64,000 bases of DNA, from positions 22,072,001-22,136,000 of the forward strand of contig OZ024740.1 of NCBI GenBank assembly GCA_964016885.1, given 5' to 3'. The notes beneath the pieces were generated by a model. The model was given only the letters and a program-made list of their open reading frames with translations, did no database searches and had not been told where the DNA came from. Source of the DNA: Eledone cirrhosa (Eukaryota). Positions within the stretch are counted from its first letter, which is position 1; each line of letters begins with the position of its first letter. Made by a program: the position numbers and the translations under genes. Shown here one piece after another: positions 1 through 13,225 of this stretch.

Positions 1-60
1 GCTGTGGTTGTGGCAATACTAAGCTTAGCTAAGGCGGTTATATATTTCACAATACCTTAT

Positions 61-118
61 CCCGTGCAACGCCGGTTATGTGTATTTATACATAGTATAT
101 ATTATATTATTTACTAGT
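61..118 (+). mobile_element. Possible Helitron-like 3' terminus
   Basis: GC-rich subterminal motif cccgtgcaacgccgg (61-75) followed by ...actagt (CTAG|T at 114-118). The spacing is longer than usual for Helitrons. Confidence 0.35.
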
Positions 119-164
119 AGTGACTAGTAAATAATATAATATATACTATGTATAAATACACATA
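77..164. repeat. Perfect AT-rich inverted repeat, 42-bp arms, 4-nt loop
   Basis: 77-118 (tatgtgtatttatacatagtatatattatattatttactagt) is the exact reverse complement of 123-164. Loop is agtg. Confidence 0.95.
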
Positions 165-319
165 TATATTTTATTTTACTATATTTATATATAACATGTA
201 TCATATCATTTGATATTTAATATACTATTATATCGTCTCTACCACCCCCTTAGGCCGCAGCGCCCGCTGGACCTTTACAACACCCCCTGAGGAGGTAGCG
301 CTCACTTAGAGAACCTCCG

Positions 320-1450
320 ATTAACATGAACAAGATTGACACACTAGCCGCGTTGGAAGTGGTATTATGAATAGCGGGTGTAAAATCAGTCGACTGGAAT
401 TTGCAGACGATATGGTGTTACCTAACTCAACAGAAGGTGATCTTCGACTTGCACTTCGACTTTTACTTCATAGGTTTGAGTGCTGCGTGGCTGGAATGTG
501 TTCCACTGAATCAGGCAGAGAAGTTCAAGTATCTTTGAGCCGAGTTCACGAGTGATGGAAGGCATGAGGCTGAATTAAGTGTAAGCATTGCAGGAGCTGG
601 TGCAGTAAAGCGACAGTTTCAGCATTCAGTAATCAGAGGTTGGCGTAAAAGCCAAACGCCCTATGGACAATGTGTGTGTGGACGTATGGGAGAATAAAGG
701 GCTGGGAGCTCAATTAAGTAAAATATTGAGCCCTAATTATAACAATCTTAACGAACACAACTACAAAGATATGGTCCGGACGTGGAAGAGCAGAACTCCC
801 ACTGTCATCGCCTCCATCTCTCTTGCCCTACCCATCTCTCTGTATAGTGAGCAAATGGGGTCCCATGTGCTGGCCTCCCCACAGCCCCGGCGGACAGAAT
901 GGAGAAGGCGTTTCCCCGGAAGATGGTAAGGGAGATGCGCTGGAAGAGCCATTCCAACTCGCGAGGCTCACACCTGAGGCTGGCCAACTCCCTATTTTCA
1001 ATTCGGTATTCGCGCCAACCCTTATCTATGGTCAATCTTGGGTAATGACCGAAAGAATACGATCGCGAATATAAGCAACCGAAATGGGATTCCTCCGAAG
1101 AGTCTTTGGAGTAACGTTACTCGATAAAATACGTAGGTCAGAGATCAGAGAGTCACTCCATGTAGAGCTGCTACTTCTCCAAATTGAGAGATCACAGCTC
1201 TGGTACTATGGATATGTGGTTAGAATGTCACAGGAAAGAATCCCTGGACAGATTTTACGGCCAAAACCAACTGGCAGGAGACCCAGGGGTAGACCCCGAG
1301 CAAGATGGTTTGTTAACATCCATGGACTTGGCTGATCACGCTTGGGGATCCAGTCGGATCAATTGGAGACGTTGCTTCTGACAGGACCTGCTGGAAGGGG
1401 TGTTTGAGGACTCTGCCCTTGCTACCCTCTCAGGAATAAGTGGGTGAAGA
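320..1450 (+). mobile_element. Decayed 5'-truncated RTE-clade LINE (RT end and C-terminus), split by an insertion
   Basis: Broken ORFs give LEFADDMVL (RT catalytic motif), IFNSVFAPTLIYGQSWVMTERIRSRI and MGFLRRVFGVTLLDKIR...GRRPRGRPRARW, which are typical RTE C-terminal motifs. Contains stops and frameshifts. Confidence 0.85.
657..987 (-). mobile_element. 3' fragment of a CRE-like (restriction-like endonuclease) non-LTR retrotransposon nested in the RTE
   Basis: The minus frame reads EPRELEWLFQRISLTIFRGNAFSIL, resembling the CRE C-terminal FQRLSxxxQRGNA motif. It interrupts the RTE at aaa gcc aaa|ctc, with gccaa at both junctions (651-655, 983-987). Confidence 0.65.
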
Positions 1451-1468
1451 AGAAGATATATATGTGTG

Positions 1469-1474
<6 letters not shown>

Positions 1475-1540
<66 letters not shown>

Positions 1541-1760
1541 CGGGTGAGTGAGTATATATATGTGTGTATATATTTTGCTTATCTCGGCTGCTGTCTGATG
1601 TATATGTGTATATATAAAAAAGTGTATATATACAGAAGTGTATATCACAGAAGTGTATATATAAAGAAGTGTATATATATACAGAAGTGTATATCACAGA
1701 AGTGTATATATACAGAAGTGTATATATACAGAAGTGTATATATACAAAAGTGTATATATA
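1475..1760. repeat. (GA)n microsatellite plus short cagaagtgtatatata-type minisatellite
   Basis: Read directly from the sequence. Confidence 0.9.
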
Positions 1761-2151
1761 CTGAAGGCGAGAGAAGGGACTTACAGTATGTAAGACTTGT
1801 GAGACACAGAGTGAAGATAGAAACGAGGAAGTAGCAGAGCAAACAGAAATATAGGGAGGAAGAGGAGGAGGAAGGGGAGTGATAGAGCGGTAATGAGATT
1901 AAAACAACTCGTAAGACGAGTGGAAGAAAGAGTAAACGATAAAGAGAGAGAGGTTCTCTAATGAAGGTAGCTAGAATAAGAGAGAGAGAGTGAGAGAGAG
2001 AGAGAGAGAGAGAGATTATTGGGAGGAATGGAACGTTAAAGTTAAGCAATAGAGAGAGATTAATCGACAGTCAGACATTGGACGGGAGGTGAGGTGACAT
2101 AACGATAGACACAGGATTAACATAAAGGAGAGGGGGAGAGATATAGATAGA

Positions 2152-5100
2152 TATGTTTCTTTATTAGCCACAGAGGCACAAAAGAAGGGGATAAATACAA
2201 AGGGGGAAGTTTACATACAATAAAAACGTAAAATATTATCACAAATGTAATTTAAAAATTAGTCGATTTTTCCCAATAGGGGGAGACATTTCATATGGGT
2301 AACACATACCCCCGAAAAAAAATATGCAACCCTCATCTCCAGGAGTACAAAGAGTTTGTACTCCTTTCCTCTCCTCCTCCTTTTCCTCAACCTACAGGCT
2401 GATATAGAGAGAAGGCCCATTCACTCGGGCCATTCTCGCCACTTTCACCCACCTTTTATAAAACTTGCTGGGGTACAGCACCTCTCTCTCCATCCTGATT
2501 CTTCTTCCAAAGTGGTATTTGAAAAAAAGAATCAGTTGTTGGCCGGAGAGAAAGGTGTCTGACCGCAGCCCTTTCAACCTTGTCCACCATACAGCCTCTT
2601 TTGCCATAGCTATCACACAAAGGAAAACCGCCTCTCCTTCGTTTTTGAAGGAGGGTGGCGGTTGATCATGACAATGGACTCGGTGGTCAACCGGATTGGT
2701 CCCACCCGCGACAATAGTCGTTCTACATAGCCCCACAGGTCGGTGACGCCCGGGCAGTGTATGAATGCGTGCGCGACGGTTTCTTCGTCTCGCACGCACC
2801 TCGGATAGATCTTTTTTGCAGGGTCCCTGCCCGGGCGCCCATGTCTGTAGAGCTTGTCTCGAACTGGTAGAGCTCCTCGGTAGCACTGCCAGGCCAGGGA
2901 CTTTTGGAAGTTGTCAATCGGTCCCGGGCGGAAGGTCCTACCGAACAGACTGGCCAGTTTGTCTTCCTCTACGCCTAGAGTTTCACCGAGCGCGTCGTCG
3001 CACTTGCTGTGGACAAACCCTGTATAGAATGACGAAGTGGAACCTCCACTGATCGCCGGATCCGCCTGCCAGACGGCTGTGAGTGCCTGAGCACATTCGA
3101 TGTGCCAGTCGCCCATTTTCCTCGGTCTTTGCTTGACCCAGGACTGCAGCTCGGTCAGCGAGACGAGGCGTGGGAAGGCTCGTCTCACGAACGGGGCCCA
3201 CACCGGTTGTCCGGTGAGGAATACGTAGAGATGCCGCAGCTTGAGCGCGTGTTTGCGCATCGTCAGCCACGGCATCCTCAGCCCTCCGTTGGAAGGGCGT
3301 TGGCAGCAGATGGATCTTCTCACCATAGGAGTCCGCCTCTTCCAAAGGAATTGTAAGAGCGCGCGCTCCATTTTGGCGAGCGTTTTGGCTGGACAGGGCA
3401 CGACGGACAAGCAGTAGTAGATGGCGGACGCTATAAAAGTGTTCGCCACCTCCGCTCGACCTTTCAAGGATAGTTTGCACTCGGCCCACTTCTGAGTGAG
3501 TGCAAACACCTTGGCCGACACCTCGTTCCAGTTCTTCTCCGCCTGGAGGTCCGGACTAAACCAGACCCCGAGCAGCTTTACTGGTTCTTCCGTCCAGCGT
3601 CCGACGACGCCATCGGAAGGCATCGGTTTGCCTCTCCACGATCCGAGTTGCAAACCGATGGACTTGTCCCGGTTCAGCTTCGCTCCTGTGAAATTTTCGT
3701 ATTCCTTCAGTAAGGTGCCGACTTCCTCGATTTGCGAGGCGCTCGACACCATTACTGTCACGTCGTCGGCGTAGGCCGACGCTGCTTTCCGCAGTCCCGG
3801 TTCCAGAGGGATGCCCTGCAATAGCTCCAGCTTCCGCAGTAGTGGCTCGAGAGTCAGTACGTACAGAAGGGAGGAGAGAGGGCATCCCTGTCGAATGGAT
3901 CGCGTGATATGGAACGGCTCCGAGAGGTAGCCCTTCACCTTAACACTTGAGCAGATGTTGCTGTTATGCATTGCAGCAATCCATCCCCTGAACACGGGTC
4001 CGAAGCCTGCCACCTCGAGTATCGCATCCAGGTAACGATGGTCAACCCTATCGAAAGCCTTAGACTGATCCAAGTAGATCAGGGCCCCACCGAAGCCGGG
4101 TTTACACCCTACCCTCTCTATGATGTATCGCATGAGGTGGAGGTTGTCGTGTATGGACCTGGTCGGGATTGCGCATGTCTGCGCTTCTCTCACCAGGTTC
4201 TCGACGACAAGCGCCAGCCTCTTTGCCAACACCTTGGCCAAAATCTGTAACTCTGTGTTTAGCAGAGTTATGGGCCGGAAGTTGCCTATGTCATCCCCCT
4301 TATTCTCGTCCTTCCTGACTAGTGTGACTACGCCCCCGGTCACAGAACTGGGAATTCCCCCGTTCTGACGCCAGTTGCAGTAGACCGCTTCCAGGAGACC
4401 GGAGAATAAGTCCGGCATTGCTACGTAAAATTCGTAGGGTAGACCGTCGAGACCTGGAGATTTGCGTTTGCCGCATTGTCTCAACGCATCCCCTATCTCA
4501 GCGGCTGAAATCGGCTTTTCGCAGAACTTTGCCTCGCTGTCCGGGAGTCGCGGTAGGCCGTCGAGGTATAGACCGAAATCCATAGCCCCTCCCGGCGCGC
4601 CGCCCTGCTCGAACAGCTGAGCAAAGTGCCGCTGAAAGGCCACACACATCTGCTTCGGCTCACGTATCACGCGTCCGTTTTGGTCCTTCAAAGACCGAAT
4701 CGTGGACTTGTTGCCACTTTTTGCATCCGTCATTCGGGCCCAGCTAACAGCTTTGGCTCCCTCGTTTCCCAGAGCACGTATTTTGCTTCTGACAACGCAG
4801 CCCTCATGCTTTGCGTCGAAGAACTGGTCCAAGGCTGTTCTCGTTGCTAGCACGCTGGCTACGTTGCCACTTCTAATTGCCTCTTCTACTTTATCTACCA
4901 GTTCTTTCTCGGTTCTATTTCTATCTAACGCTAATTCTTTACTAAAAACTAACGAGTCTAATCTAACTGCCCTCTTGAGAGAGTACCACCATCTGTTGTT
5001 GACAATGGCCCCTGTCAAGTGCTGTTTAACTAAAGTGCTAATCCGTCTACTGTAGGCTTTGCATGTCGGTAACGGCAAGTTCAGCTTCCAGTAGCCCGGT

Positions 5101-5990
5101 CCTTGTCTATGGGTTCTATCAAGGTTGGCCATGCAGGTCACTAGTTTGTGATCTGAATAGGCAACCATGAACATTTGTGGACAGCTTAACATCTCCCTAT
5201 CCTTATTTCTAACTAGAACCCTATCTAGGTACGATCTAGATGTTCCGCTGCGATTAGTCCACGTCCACAGTGGCACAGTCGGAAAATCTAGTCGATATCT
5301 ATTGGCCAGGTATAATCGGCCGATTAACTGTTTGAGGATGTTACACTCCCCTTTATCGGGACATGCTCCCACATAGTCCCAACGTGCATCTAGGATTCCA
5401 TTCCAGTCCCCCACTAAAAGCAAGGAGCGGGACGTTCCCAGAAAAGTCTCTAGACGTTTGAAGAAGTCTGGCCGCGGTGTCCCGGATGGGGCATATGCGG
5501 CCACCAGCCTGAAGGCTCCACCTTCACTACCGTCAACGTATAGGACCACCAGTCGACCCTCCGGGTCCAGATGTACCGTCTCTGTTACGAGGCCCAGGTG
5601 TTTCCGCAGCAAAACGGCAACCCCGCCCCCACCTCCCGGCTGACAGAGAGATGCGTAGATCTCAAAGTCATCGAAGATGGGGGCCAGCTGTCGCTCGCTG
5701 TGGATCCTGAACTCGCAAATGGCTACTACATCCATACTGTGCGACCTGAGGTCGTTTAAGAGTTTGCCCTGTTTCCAGGGCATCCCCAGGCCGCGTACAT
5801 TCACACACCCAACTCTTATATTGGCCATGTTGGTTCTGAAAAGTTAAAAGAGAAAACACTCACCTCTTCGTCTCCCGGGGATCAGGCCGCACGGTTTCCA
5901 TGGAGGTGTTAGAGGAGTTGTCTGGGTGGGTGGTGGTTTCCGGCGGGGTGGGGACGGAGATGTTTGGTGGGGTGGGGGTGTCTGGGGTGA
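2152..5990 (-). mobile_element. Tx1/L1-clade non-LTR retrotransposon, copy 1 (complete ORF2, 5'-truncated just upstream of it)
   Basis: ORF2 encodes APE, RT and a Zn knuckle. The 3' UTR ends ...ggctaataaagaaacat in a TATC/TC-rich tract. GA/GATA repeats lie on both sides. Confidence 0.9.
2392..5828 (-). CDS. Tx1-like ORF2 (APE endonuclease, reverse transcriptase, C-terminal Zn knuckle), one frameshift near 2662
   Basis: Motifs [54 protein letters not shown] and AYADD. The true C-terminus continues in the 2392..2886 frame and matches copy 2. Confidence 0.9.
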
Positions 5991-6164
5991 TAGAGAGATA
6001 GATAGAGTGAGAAAGGTAGACAGAGAGAGTGAGAGAGAAAGATAGAGTGTGAGAGAGAGAGACAGAGTGAGAGAGAGATAGAGAGAGAGTGAGATAGATA
6101 GATAGAGAGAGATAGAGAGAGAGATTATATTACATAAAGCGAGTGGGACAGTAAAAGAGTTAAG

Positions 6165-6215
<51 letters not shown>
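5990..6215. repeat. GA/GATA-rich compound microsatellite
   Basis: Read directly from the sequence. Confidence 0.9.
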
Positions 6216-6218
<3 letters not shown>

Positions 6219-6435
6219 TTATTAACAAAGGCGTGACAAAGAAATATTTTAAGAGACGAGAGGAGAGTGTGTAAAAAAAGGAAGAAACAAAAGGAAATAA
6301 AGTAAAATATAGTGAGGGGGGGGGGGGAACTGGCTGAGAGAAGGGGAGATAACTGATATTAGCAAGAACAGACAGAAAAATAGATCGATAAACGAATAAA
6401 GAGGTAGGTAGGTAGATAGACATATATATATATAT

Positions 6436-7032
6436 GGTGGCTGCCAACTCGTTTTCGAGTACGACCACTACTTTATCTCCATGTAGGAGAACCCCAACCG
6501 ATGTGCTGAACGAGTGTGACTTTTTAGTCCAGCCAGCGACTTGAAAACTCTGGTACAAACACTACACTTGTGACAATTATTGACACATAGTGCTGGGCCC
6601 ATGGTACCATGTGACGACAAGTGCAGAGAGATCTCCAGATATAAAGCAATGCCTGTGCCGTGAAGCTTTTATAGTGAGCAAAGGCACTGCACAAAGCCAG
6701 TCCCAATCTCTTAACCAAGATGATATTTACCAAAAAGAAGAACAAGTCAACATCATTGGATACCATCAGTGTTGCAGGTGTTATATCAGAGTTTTCGTTC
6801 TAGAATTCTGCCTTGACAAAGGCTAAGGGGTCATCTCTCCCGGTGATTTTGGATGGCCATTGACTCTTAAGAGCTCCTTTGCTCTTTGACAGGTTTTGTT
6901 TTTAGTCCTGCAGGATGTCCAAAGTCACCCTCCTCACCAAGAAACCTTGGTGGGGTTGCCAGTTTAGTCGCCAACGACGGGACAGGCTGTACTGGGATAC
7001 ATGTTACCAGTAGCACCAACTGGTGACCTGAC
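6436..7032 (-). mobile_element. Non-coding retroelement fragment with an RTE-like 5' UTR
   Basis: Bounded by (TA)n/(TACA)n. The minus strand has cctgtcccgtcgttggcgactaa and gaaaactctgatataa, motifs I associate with RTE 5' UTRs. No convincing ORF. Confidence 0.45.
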
Positions 7033-7036
7033 ATAA

Positions 7037-7414
<378 letters not shown>

Positions 7415-7499
7415 ACTTTGAATAACTTTGAAATGTTTTGGCCAGTATTGGCCCAGGCCATGTCTAACTTAATAGCACCACCTGGCGAAGTCTTTCAAT

Positions 7500-10400
7500 T
7501 CAGGATTTGGGCACCATGGCCCATTCGAGAAGAGAATTACTGTTTGCGGAGACATATCCGGGTGTGGGTGGTTTGTCCGGGATTACTTGGAGGAATTTGT
7601 CCAAAGACTTCTTGAATTTTGTGTGGTCAGTTTCTGTTTTGACGTGTCCTGGTGTGATGTTGAAGAGAGCAGGGCCGATTGAGGTGAAATAATTGTGCCG
7701 TATTGTTGTTATGAGTTGCGATTTAGATTTTTGAATGGGACGGATAGCACGGGGCCCAAGCCTTGGGTGTATCTTGAAGGCGATGCCAACATCATTTGGG
7801 CAGTGATGATGGAACATTTTCCACATCATGCAGATAATATAACGCTCACGGCGACGTTGGAGTGAGTAAAGTTTCAGGTTTTCCAATCGACCCCAGTAGT
7901 CAAGGTCTGACATGCCATCTATCTTTTTCGTGATTGCCCTTTGAGGAGCTTCAAGTTTCATGATACTTTGTTTCGTGTGGGGAGACCACAGTGGACAACA
8001 GTATTCAAGGTGTGGTCGGGCGAAAGTAGAGAAGAGAAGGATAATGGTGCGGGAATCTCTCGACTGGAAGGTTCTGAGGATCCAGGAACACATTCTGCGG
8101 GCCATGTCAACTTTGCTGCTTATATGCGTGGTCCAGCTTATGTTGCTGTCCACGGTTACTCCCAAGTCTCTGATGTTGTTAGATGCCACGAGAGTTTCCC
8201 CGGAGGGAAGGGAGTACGGGAGTTTCAGAGCATCCTCTTTTCCAAAGTGGATCAGTTCGAATTTGTCTTCGTTCAGTAACATGTTGTTCTTTTCTGCCCA
8301 TTGGGTAACAGCCAGTAGGTCTGACTGAAGGCTTATCCGGTCATCCACGCCATTGATGACCTTTTGGAGCTTGGAATCATCAGCGAAAATTTTAATGTTG
8401 CTGTGTTTGATGATGTCAGTGATGTCATTAATATAGATGATGAAGAGAAGTGGGCCCAACACAGTGCCTTGTGGGACTCCACTACTGACTTTGGCTGGGC
8501 TTGATTTGACTCCCTCAACTACAACATGTTGGGTTCTGTTTGACAGGAAGCTCTTGATCCACTGCAGCAGCTTTCCAGTGACACCAATATTGGACAGCTT
8601 TCTCAGTAGAATGTTATGATCAACCCTGTCAAAGGCCTTGCTGAAATCAAGGTAGATAACATCAGTGTTGGAACCCTCTCCCAAGGCTCTCAAAATGTCA
8701 TCAAAGTGATGCAGTAGTTGCGTCAGGCAATCCCTTCCATTACGGAATCCATGCTGGTTGGAGTTCAGCATATTGTTACTCTCAAGGAAGTGGGTCATTC
8801 GCGATCTCACCACTCGCTCAAATACCTTAATGATATGAGAGGTGAGTGAGATTGGACGGTAATTCACGGCAAGGGATTTGTTTCCCTTTTTGAAAACTGG
8901 GACAACAGACTGGGATAGAAGGTTTTCTGGCACATATCCAGCATCCAGTGAGTTCCGCCACAGATTGGCAAGAGGAGAAGCAAGTTGGTGTTGACACGCC
9001 TTCAAGACACAAGCAGGGAACCTATCGGGACCTACTGCTGAATTATGCTTGATTTCCTTTATTGCCGCCAAGACATCAGGGGCGCCAAACGTTATGTCCG
9101 ATAAGGTGTAATGGGGAGTAACATCGCCGATACAGCCCAGATCGGCCATATCAGGATTGCTGAAAACAGAGCAGTATTGTTTCTGCAGTATCTCACCCAT
9201 GGTTTTAGCATTGTCTTGAAGAGTGCCATTTTCATCAATTAGAGGGCCAACAGTAGAGCCAGTGATTTTGTGTTTTTTTGCAAATGAAAAGAACACTTTG
9301 GGATTGAGTTTGATCTTCTCAATGGCCCAGGCCTCTTCAGCTCTTCTCTGATTGTTGATGAGGGACATTATGTTGTTTTGGAGGTTATGTTTTTTAATCT
9401 CTAGTGATGAAATGGCAGTCAAGTTGATGTGTTGCTGCTGACAGTATTTCAGATTGTTGATTTTTTTGTTCGTTCTCTTAATTTTTCTGATGAGCGTTTT
9501 TCTATTTCTAGGGATTCTGCTCTTAGATTTGTTTATAGTTCTTAATGGGGTGTGTTTAGCACATATGTTTGTAACAGTGTCCACAAATGTCTGCCAGGAC
9601 TTTTTGATGTTAGTGGGTGTATGAGTGTGCGTGAAGGACCAGTCGACATGTGCAAGATCATGACTGATCGCTTCCCAGTTTGCATTGTGGAAATCCATAG
9701 CGTCAAACGGATGGACAGGAGAAATGACATTGGGTTTGTATATTGGACGGTGGAATCTCAGATCACAGAGAACCATGTCATGATCAGAGAGTAGAGTTTT
9801 CTCCACTGCAATATTGTGGATATTGTCAGTGTGATTGCTGAAAATTAAGTCTAGGACGTTTTTGTGGCACCTCGTTGGTTCGAGCACTAGTTGGGATAGG
9901 AAGAAATCATCCATGAAGTCAAGAAGCGATTCCACAGCTTCCCTGTCAGAGGTTGAGGCAGAAGAACCTGGTGGCAGGGTGTTTGTGGACCAGTCAACTC
10001 CGGGGAGGTTGAAGTCCCCCATCATTAAGATGTTGTCAGGGTGACACTCTTGGATGAAACACTTTATGCTGTTGAGGCATTCCTTGAAGCATGGTACAGG
10101 CGTTTGGGGTGGCCTATAGAGCCCAACTACTAATAGGTTGTTGGTTTGACTGAATACAGTGACTGCCTCACAGTATCCATTAGTGAATATGTTCATAGCC
10201 TCTGTTGAGAAAGAATTATGGACATAAATGGCAGTTCCGCCCTTTCTTCTGCCAGCGTGATCAGCACGGATGGCTTTGAAATTTTTTCACTTTCACCTCG
10301 GCTTCCAAGTGGAGGTTACTGAGATGGGTTTCAGTGAGGACGAAGAAAGGGATGTGGTTTGGATGGACATCAATCCAGTCCTCCAGGAATTTGATCTTCC

Positions 10401-10521
10401 ATTTTTGAGTATTGGTGGAAGGGCTGATGCCTTGGGCGTTAAGCAAAAATGTAGAGGCGAGAGTGGATGGTTTTAATTGTTTTGGTGTGTTGTTAATTTG
10501 TTTGTTTGTTAATGGCAGCAA
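7500..10521 (-). CDS. CR1-group ORF2 (APE + RT), single frameshift at the 10282-10287 homopolymer
   Basis: LNAQGI and LTETHL in the 10261..10521 frame. Then [58 protein letters not shown] and RPHLEYC..WSP. Confidence 0.92.
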
Positions 10522-11687
10522 TGGGAGTTTGTGCAGTGGGGTGATAGTGGAGGGTGGTGCTGGGTGATAGCTCGAATGTTTTTTTCCAGTTCTTTTGTCA
10601 GATTCATTATGGCTAAAAAAGAGGAAGAAGTTTCCTGTTTAGAAGACTGTTGGTGACTGTGGTAGTGGTTATTTTTATGTAGGTTATGGTTTTTGTTTTT
10701 GCTTTTATTTTCATTTATCCGACGGGTCCCCGGGAGATGGGTAAAGGGACAATCCCGGTCTAAACACAATCTGTCTCGCAGGGAAAAACGGCAGATTTGT
10801 GGATTCCTTGTTTGAGTTATTGGTGGTTGTGTTGGTGTTAAATTAGAGTATGTATTATGGTGGTGGCTGTTTGTGGGGATAGATCGTTTTGTCCTAGGTA
10901 AATGGGTGAATTTGCAGCCACTATCCGTACATATTCTATAGCGTAGAGAGTAGCGGCAAATGATGGGGTTTCGAGTGGGTGGGTATATGGGTGTGGGTGT
11001 TGTGAGAGGTGTAGATGATGGTTTGGGTAGGATTTGACGACCTTTGTGGACTGTGGGAGGGAGAGTTCTTGTTCTGGTATTAGAAGGTAAATTCCTTGAC
11101 ATAGCAGTAGACAAAAATGTTGTAGTAGTAGTAGTAGTAGTAGGCAGAGATGTTGGCAGTGGTGATGATTGGACTGCTGGGCCAGAGAAAGGATGTGGCG
11201 TTTCATGCTGTGAGACAGAGGCTACTGGGGGGTCAATAGTTTCATTTAGTAGATCGGCCATTGTTGATGAATCAAGGAGTGGTTCACACTGTTGTTGTTG
11301 CTGTTGTTGATGTTGTTGTTGTAGCTGTTGTTGATGTTGTTGTTGTAGCTGTTGTTGTTGTTGCTGTTGTAGCTGCTGTTGTTGTTGTTGTTGCTGTTGT
11401 AGCTGCTGTTGTTGTTGTTGCTGCTGCTGGACAGCATTCGAAGAGAAAACACACCGTAGTTTATCCAAATGTTTATTGATTAATTTAAAAGCAATTTCGA
11501 TTTGCTTTAATTTATTTTGAATCTGTTGTTCAGATCGAGTTTTCAAAAATTGAACTGTACGTTTAGCAATGTCGTTCAGAGATGAAGCATCTATATCTTC
11601 TGTTTGGGAAAGGCAATGCCATGTGTTTATTAGAATGTCGATTTCATTATCAGACCAGTTCTGTTTGGATTTTTGCTGGTTAGCCAT
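10509..11687 (-). CDS. LINE ORF1: N-terminal Myb/SANT-like helix bundle, polyQ, Pro/Thr linker, two CCCH zinc fingers
   Basis: NWSDNEIDILINTW...RSEQQIQNKLK; a ~40-residue Q-rich tract; CRYSLRYRICTDSGCKFTH and CRFSLRDRLCLDRDCPFTH (C-x8-C-x4-C-x3-H). Abuts ORF2. Confidence 0.8.
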   Translation of the reverse strand: MANQQKSKQNWSDNEIDILINTWHCLSQTEDIDASSLNDIAKRTVQFLKTRSEQQIQNKLKQIEIAFKLINKHLDKLRCVFSSNAVQQQQQQQQQLQQQQQQQQQLQQQQQQQLQQQHQQQLQQQHQQQQQQQCEPLLDSSTMADLLNETIDPPVASVSQHETPHPFSGPAVQSSPLPTSLPTTTTTTTTFLSTAMSRNLPSNTRTRTLPPTVHKGRQILPKPSSTPLTTPTPIYPPTRNPIICRYSLRYRICTDSGCKFTHLPRTKRSIPTNSHHHNTYSNLTPTQPPITQTRNPQICRFSLRDRLCLDRDCPFTHLPGTRRINENKSKNKNHNLHKNNHYHSHQQSSKQETSSSFLAIMNLTKELEKNIRAITQHHPPLSPHCTNSHCCH

Positions 11688-11699
11688 TCTAGTTTTGAG

Positions 11700-12312
11700 T
11701 GTGTGTGTGTTTTAGTTAAGTATTTCAATATATATATATTTTTTTTTTAAATTTATTTTTGATTTATTTTTGTTTTTTGTTTTTCTTGTGTGTGAGTGAG
11801 AAGCGTATATATATAAATATGAGTATATATATATATGTATATTCTGGTTATTTGAAATTAATTAAGTTAATGAAAAGACGAAAGTATATAATAATAATTT
11901 GTAGTTAAAGGAAAATGTACTCACAAGTTCGTGTGTGTGTGTTTTAGTTAAGTATTTCAATATATATATTTTTTTTTTAAATTTATTTTTGTTTTTTGTT
12001 TTTCTTGTGTGTGAGTGAGAAGCGTATATATATAAATATGAGTATATATATATATATATATGTATATTCTGGTTATTTGAAATTAATGAAAAGACGAAAG
12101 TATATAATAATAATTTGTAGTTAAAGGAAAATGTACTCACAAGTTCGAAAACACGTGGTTTCAAATATATAATAATATAGATGTATGAAAAATGTATTAA
12201 CCGGTCAATTTTCAAATATATAATAATATAGATGTATGAAAAATGTATTAACCGGTCAATTTTCAAATATATAATAATATAGATGTATGAAAATGTATTA
12301 ACCGGTCAATTT
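11700..12312. repeat. Tandem duplications in the LINE 5' UTR (~220-bp x2 and 51-bp x3)
   Basis: 11700-11930 is approximately repeated at 11932-12146. ttcaaatatataataatatagatgtatgaaaaatgtattaaccggtcaatt starts at 12160, 12211 and 12262. Confidence 0.9.
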
Positions 12313-12439
12313 TTGTTTGTTTGGTTTTGTCTTGTGGTTTTGTTTTGTGGCTGTGTGACTTGCTACTTACTCGGGGAGAGAAGTAAAAACACGACACGGT
12401 TTGCTAAGTGGACTAAATATAATAATAATTTGTTACCCC

Positions 12440-12805
<366 letters not shown>

Positions 12806-12806
<1 letters not shown>

Positions 12807-13225
12807 CGCAGTTGTGGTAAGGAACCAGATGGACCATAACGCACCAGAGTACTCAATACTTAGGGTAGTAGAGTGGGTAATAGGAAAAAGTATGACCCCG
12901 ACGGCAGAGCTCAAGCCGTTTCGACGGCTATTTCTGGACTAAGCTATTATTGGAGAGTATCCAAGGATAACTTGGACCGTTAAGGTATATTCCCCTTGGT
13001 TATGTCAACATTTATAAAACACACTTCGTATTTTATCTGATGATAGCGTACCAAAATGTTGGTACCCTTGAAATATATATAATAGAATAAATATGGTTTT
13101 ATAAATATAGTTTCCCTTTATTTAATATCATTGTATATTATACTCCAGAAAACTTATTGAGTGCTCTAAATCAGTTATAAACATTTATATTTGTTGAATT
13201 ACCAACAAATTGAATACCCCTTCTG

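Noticed and set aside
10280-10290. Programmed -1 ribosomal frameshift in CR1 ORF2
   Set aside because: Frame restoration needs +1 and falls inside the APE domain, so a homopolymer indel is simpler.
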